64,000 nucleotides of DNA from Clostridia bacterium. Lineage in GTDB: Bacteria; Bacillota; Clostridia; TANB77; CAG-508. Below the pieces are notes generated by a model. That model saw only the letters and a list, made by a program, of their open reading frames with translations. It was not told the DNA's origin and ran no database searches. This document shows, piece by piece, positions 62,388-64,000 of this stretch. Positions within the stretch are counted from its first letter, which is position 1; the number at the start of each line of letters is the position of its first letter. The stretch is from positions 402,842 to 466,841 of the forward strand of contig JBKUYM010000001.1 of NCBI GenBank assembly GCA_046964515.1, given 5' to 3'. Position numbers and translations under genes: made by a program.

Positions 62388-62420
62388 ACCCATAGTAAGA
62401 ATTACTATGGGTTTTTATTG
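62388..62420. terminator. Bidirectional terminator between the SDR gene and the convergent PBP gene
   Basis: aaacccatagtaa-gaa-ttactatgggttt, a perfect 13-bp stem. Confidence 0.65.
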
Positions 62421-62423
62421 TTT

Positions 62424-64000
62424 TTAATGAGCATCTTGAATTTCTTGATGTAGATTAATATTGATAACTGTACCTTCTTCAACAGTTGTACCTGCCATAG
62501 GATCTTGCGATAAAACTGTGCCAGTTCCTGTTACATGAATATTTAAATTCTTAGCTTTTAAAGCATTTTTTGCTTGTGCAAAAGACATACCTTTTAAATT
62601 AGGAACTTCTTGCGAAATTCTAGCTTCATTACCTGTAGAATATAAATTGACACTAGCACCTTTTAGTAAGGCAGTACCAGGCTTTGGAACTTGATCTGTT
62701 ACTAATAAAGAAGTATCTGTACCAGAAATTTTACAAGTAAATCCTGCATTTTCTAAAGCTTTTTTAGCTTCTGCTACAGTTTTATTTCTAACATCTGGTA
62801 ATGGTGAAGTGGTTATATTTTGTGAGTTATTAGATTCTGATAAATCGTCAGAAGGAATACCTAGATAAGGTAGGACTTCTCCTAAGATTTGAGAAACAAC
62901 AGGCCCTGCAATTTGACCACCTTGATGACTATCTCCTTTTGGATTATATAAGGTAACTAATACTACTACTTCTGGATTTTCAGTAGGAGAAATAGCAATA
63001 TAAGAAGCCACATAACCTTCTTCTGGGTGTGCTGGATTTGGTTCAGAAGTACCAGTCTTACCAGCAACGCTGTAACCTTTTACTTGTCCATATCTACCAG
63101 TACCATCATTTACAACAGATTCTAACATATCCATCATTTTATCGCAGGTATCTTTAGAAAGAACTTGTCTAACAGAAGTAGAGTCTACGGTAGTTATGGT
63201 ATTGGTGTCTGTATTTTCTATTTGTTTTACTAAACGAGGTTGCATTAATATACCGTCGTTAGCAATGGAAGACACAGCCGTAATTAGTTGAAGAGGGGTG
63301 ATTGTAAATCTTTGACCAAAGGACATAGTAGCAAGTTCAATAGGACCTACATTATCTAAATCCCAGAAGTTACTATTTGTTTCACTAGCTGTATCAATTC
63401 CAGTTTTATTAAATAATCCAAAAGCTTCATAATATTTGTATAAGGTAGAAGCTCCAATTCTTTTTCCTAACTGCATTAAAGAAGGGTTACAAGAATTCAT
63501 TAATGCTTGTCTTAATGTTTCTGGACCGTGAGAAGAAGTTTTCCAACAATAAATCCTTTGGCCAGAAACCATTTCATAACCAGGACAATAAAAATCATTA
63601 GCAGTGTCAGTTGAAACTAGACCTTCTTCTAAGCCAACAGAAGCTGTAATAATTTTGAAAGTAGAACCAGGTTCGTAAGTATCAGATACACAACGATTTC
63701 TCCACATAGTGTATAAAGAATTAGATTTTTCAGAACTAGATAGGGTATCCCAAGTGGATTTCATAGAATCATTTGGTTCATAAGGGGTGTTCAAATCATA
63801 ATCTGGATAACTAGCCATTGCAAGAATATCACCAGTCGAAGGTTTCATAACAATAGCTGTACCACCACGTTTACAATCATTTTCTATAACTGCTTGTTTT
63901 AAATATTTTTCTACAATAGATTGAATATTAACGTCTAGGGAAAGTGTAATATTACTTCCGTTTTGTGCCGCAATATAAGTTTCGTTCTTATCAGGAATAA
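62424..64000 (-). CDS. Class B penicillin-binding protein (SpoVD/PBP2B-like transpeptidase) with two C-terminal PASTA domains; N-terminus outside the window
   Basis: Transpeptidase motifs STFK (GSTFKIITAS), SxN and KTGT (AGKTGTSEP). Two PASTA repeats at the C-terminus. On the minus strand the frame stays open upstream of Met-63848, reading ...GGTAIVMKPSTGDILAMAS, typical of PBP dimerisation and transpeptidase junctions, so the gene continues past 64000. Confidence 0.8.
   Translation of the reverse strand, partial: IPDKNETYIAAQNGSNITLSLDVNIQSIVEKYLKQAVIENDCKRGGTAIVMKPSTGDILAMASYPDYDLNTPYEPNDSMKSTWDTLSSSEKSNSLYTMWRNRCVSDTYEPGSTFKIITASVGLEEGLVSTDTANDFYCPGYEMVSGQRIYCWKTSSHGPETLRQALMNSCNPSLMQLGKRIGASTLYKYYEAFGLFNKTGIDTASETNSNFWDLDNVGPIELATMSFGQRFTITPLQLITAVSSIANDGILMQPRLVKQIENTDTNTITTVDSTSVRQVLSKDTCDKMMDMLESVVNDGTGRYGQVKGYSVAGKTGTSEPNPAHPEEGYVASYIAISPTENPEVVVLVTLYNPKGDSHQGGQIAGPVVSQILGEVLPYLGIPSDDLSESNNSQNITTSPLPDVRNKTVAEAKKALENAGFTCKISGTDTSLLVTDQVPKPGTALLKGASVNLYSTGNEARISQEVPNLKGMSFAQAKNALKAKNLNIHVTGTGTVLSQDPMAGTTVEEGTVININLHQEIQDAH

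Overview
This is a low-GC (~30%) chromosomal segment from a spore-forming, anaerobic Firmicutes/Clostridia-type organism. It carries spoIIE, a SpoVB-like flippase, a SpoVD/PBP2B-like PBP with PASTA domains, and anaerobic nrdDG. I could support no rRNA, tRNA, CRISPR array, transposase or integrase.

Most of the window is housekeeping: cysK (3' part), metK, a NitT/TauT-type ABC transporter, DUF362/ferredoxin, nrdDG, spoIIE, acpS, tatD, htpX, lemA, xth, an OmpR/HK two-component system, rpoB-rpoC, mtaD-like, gdpP-rplI-dnaB, tilS, ftsH, a dGTPase-like HD protein, an SDR and a PBP.

The unusual content is a dispersed family of seven paralogous genes, labelled here P1 to P7. Each encodes a protein with a conserved, non-canonical prepilin-like N-terminus: a short basic leader ending in Gly, then ITL(I/V)(A/S)LVITIIILIILAGVSIN..G(D/E)NGIITKAKQAKEN, with no Glu at +5. 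The C-terminal domains differ: two are FGE-sulfatase/C-type-lectin-like, two are coiled-coil, one has Cys/His-rich tandem repeats, and two are beta-rich.

Four of the seven genes share a near-identical sigma70-type promoter and purine-rich leader module. Two of those modules form a ~230-bp, ~95% identical inverted repeat bracketing a ~17-kb segment that contains rpoB and rpoC. A 20-25-nt motif, TTTTATGCAAACTTaTGAATA, recurs five times immediately after intrinsic terminators, mostly upstream of surface-protein genes. A small island (a sortase-substrate surface protein, two small membrane proteins and a pilin-like paralog) sits between gdpP and rplI. A 109-aa ORF is inserted between rpoB and rpoC. 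The DUF362/4Fe-4S gene is split by a +1 frameshift in an A4 run.

All calls rest on visual motif recognition in the six-frame translations and on manual inspection of promoters, hairpins and repeats. No database searches were run. Coordinates I read by eye, as opposed to those taken from the ORF track, can be off by 1-2 nt.
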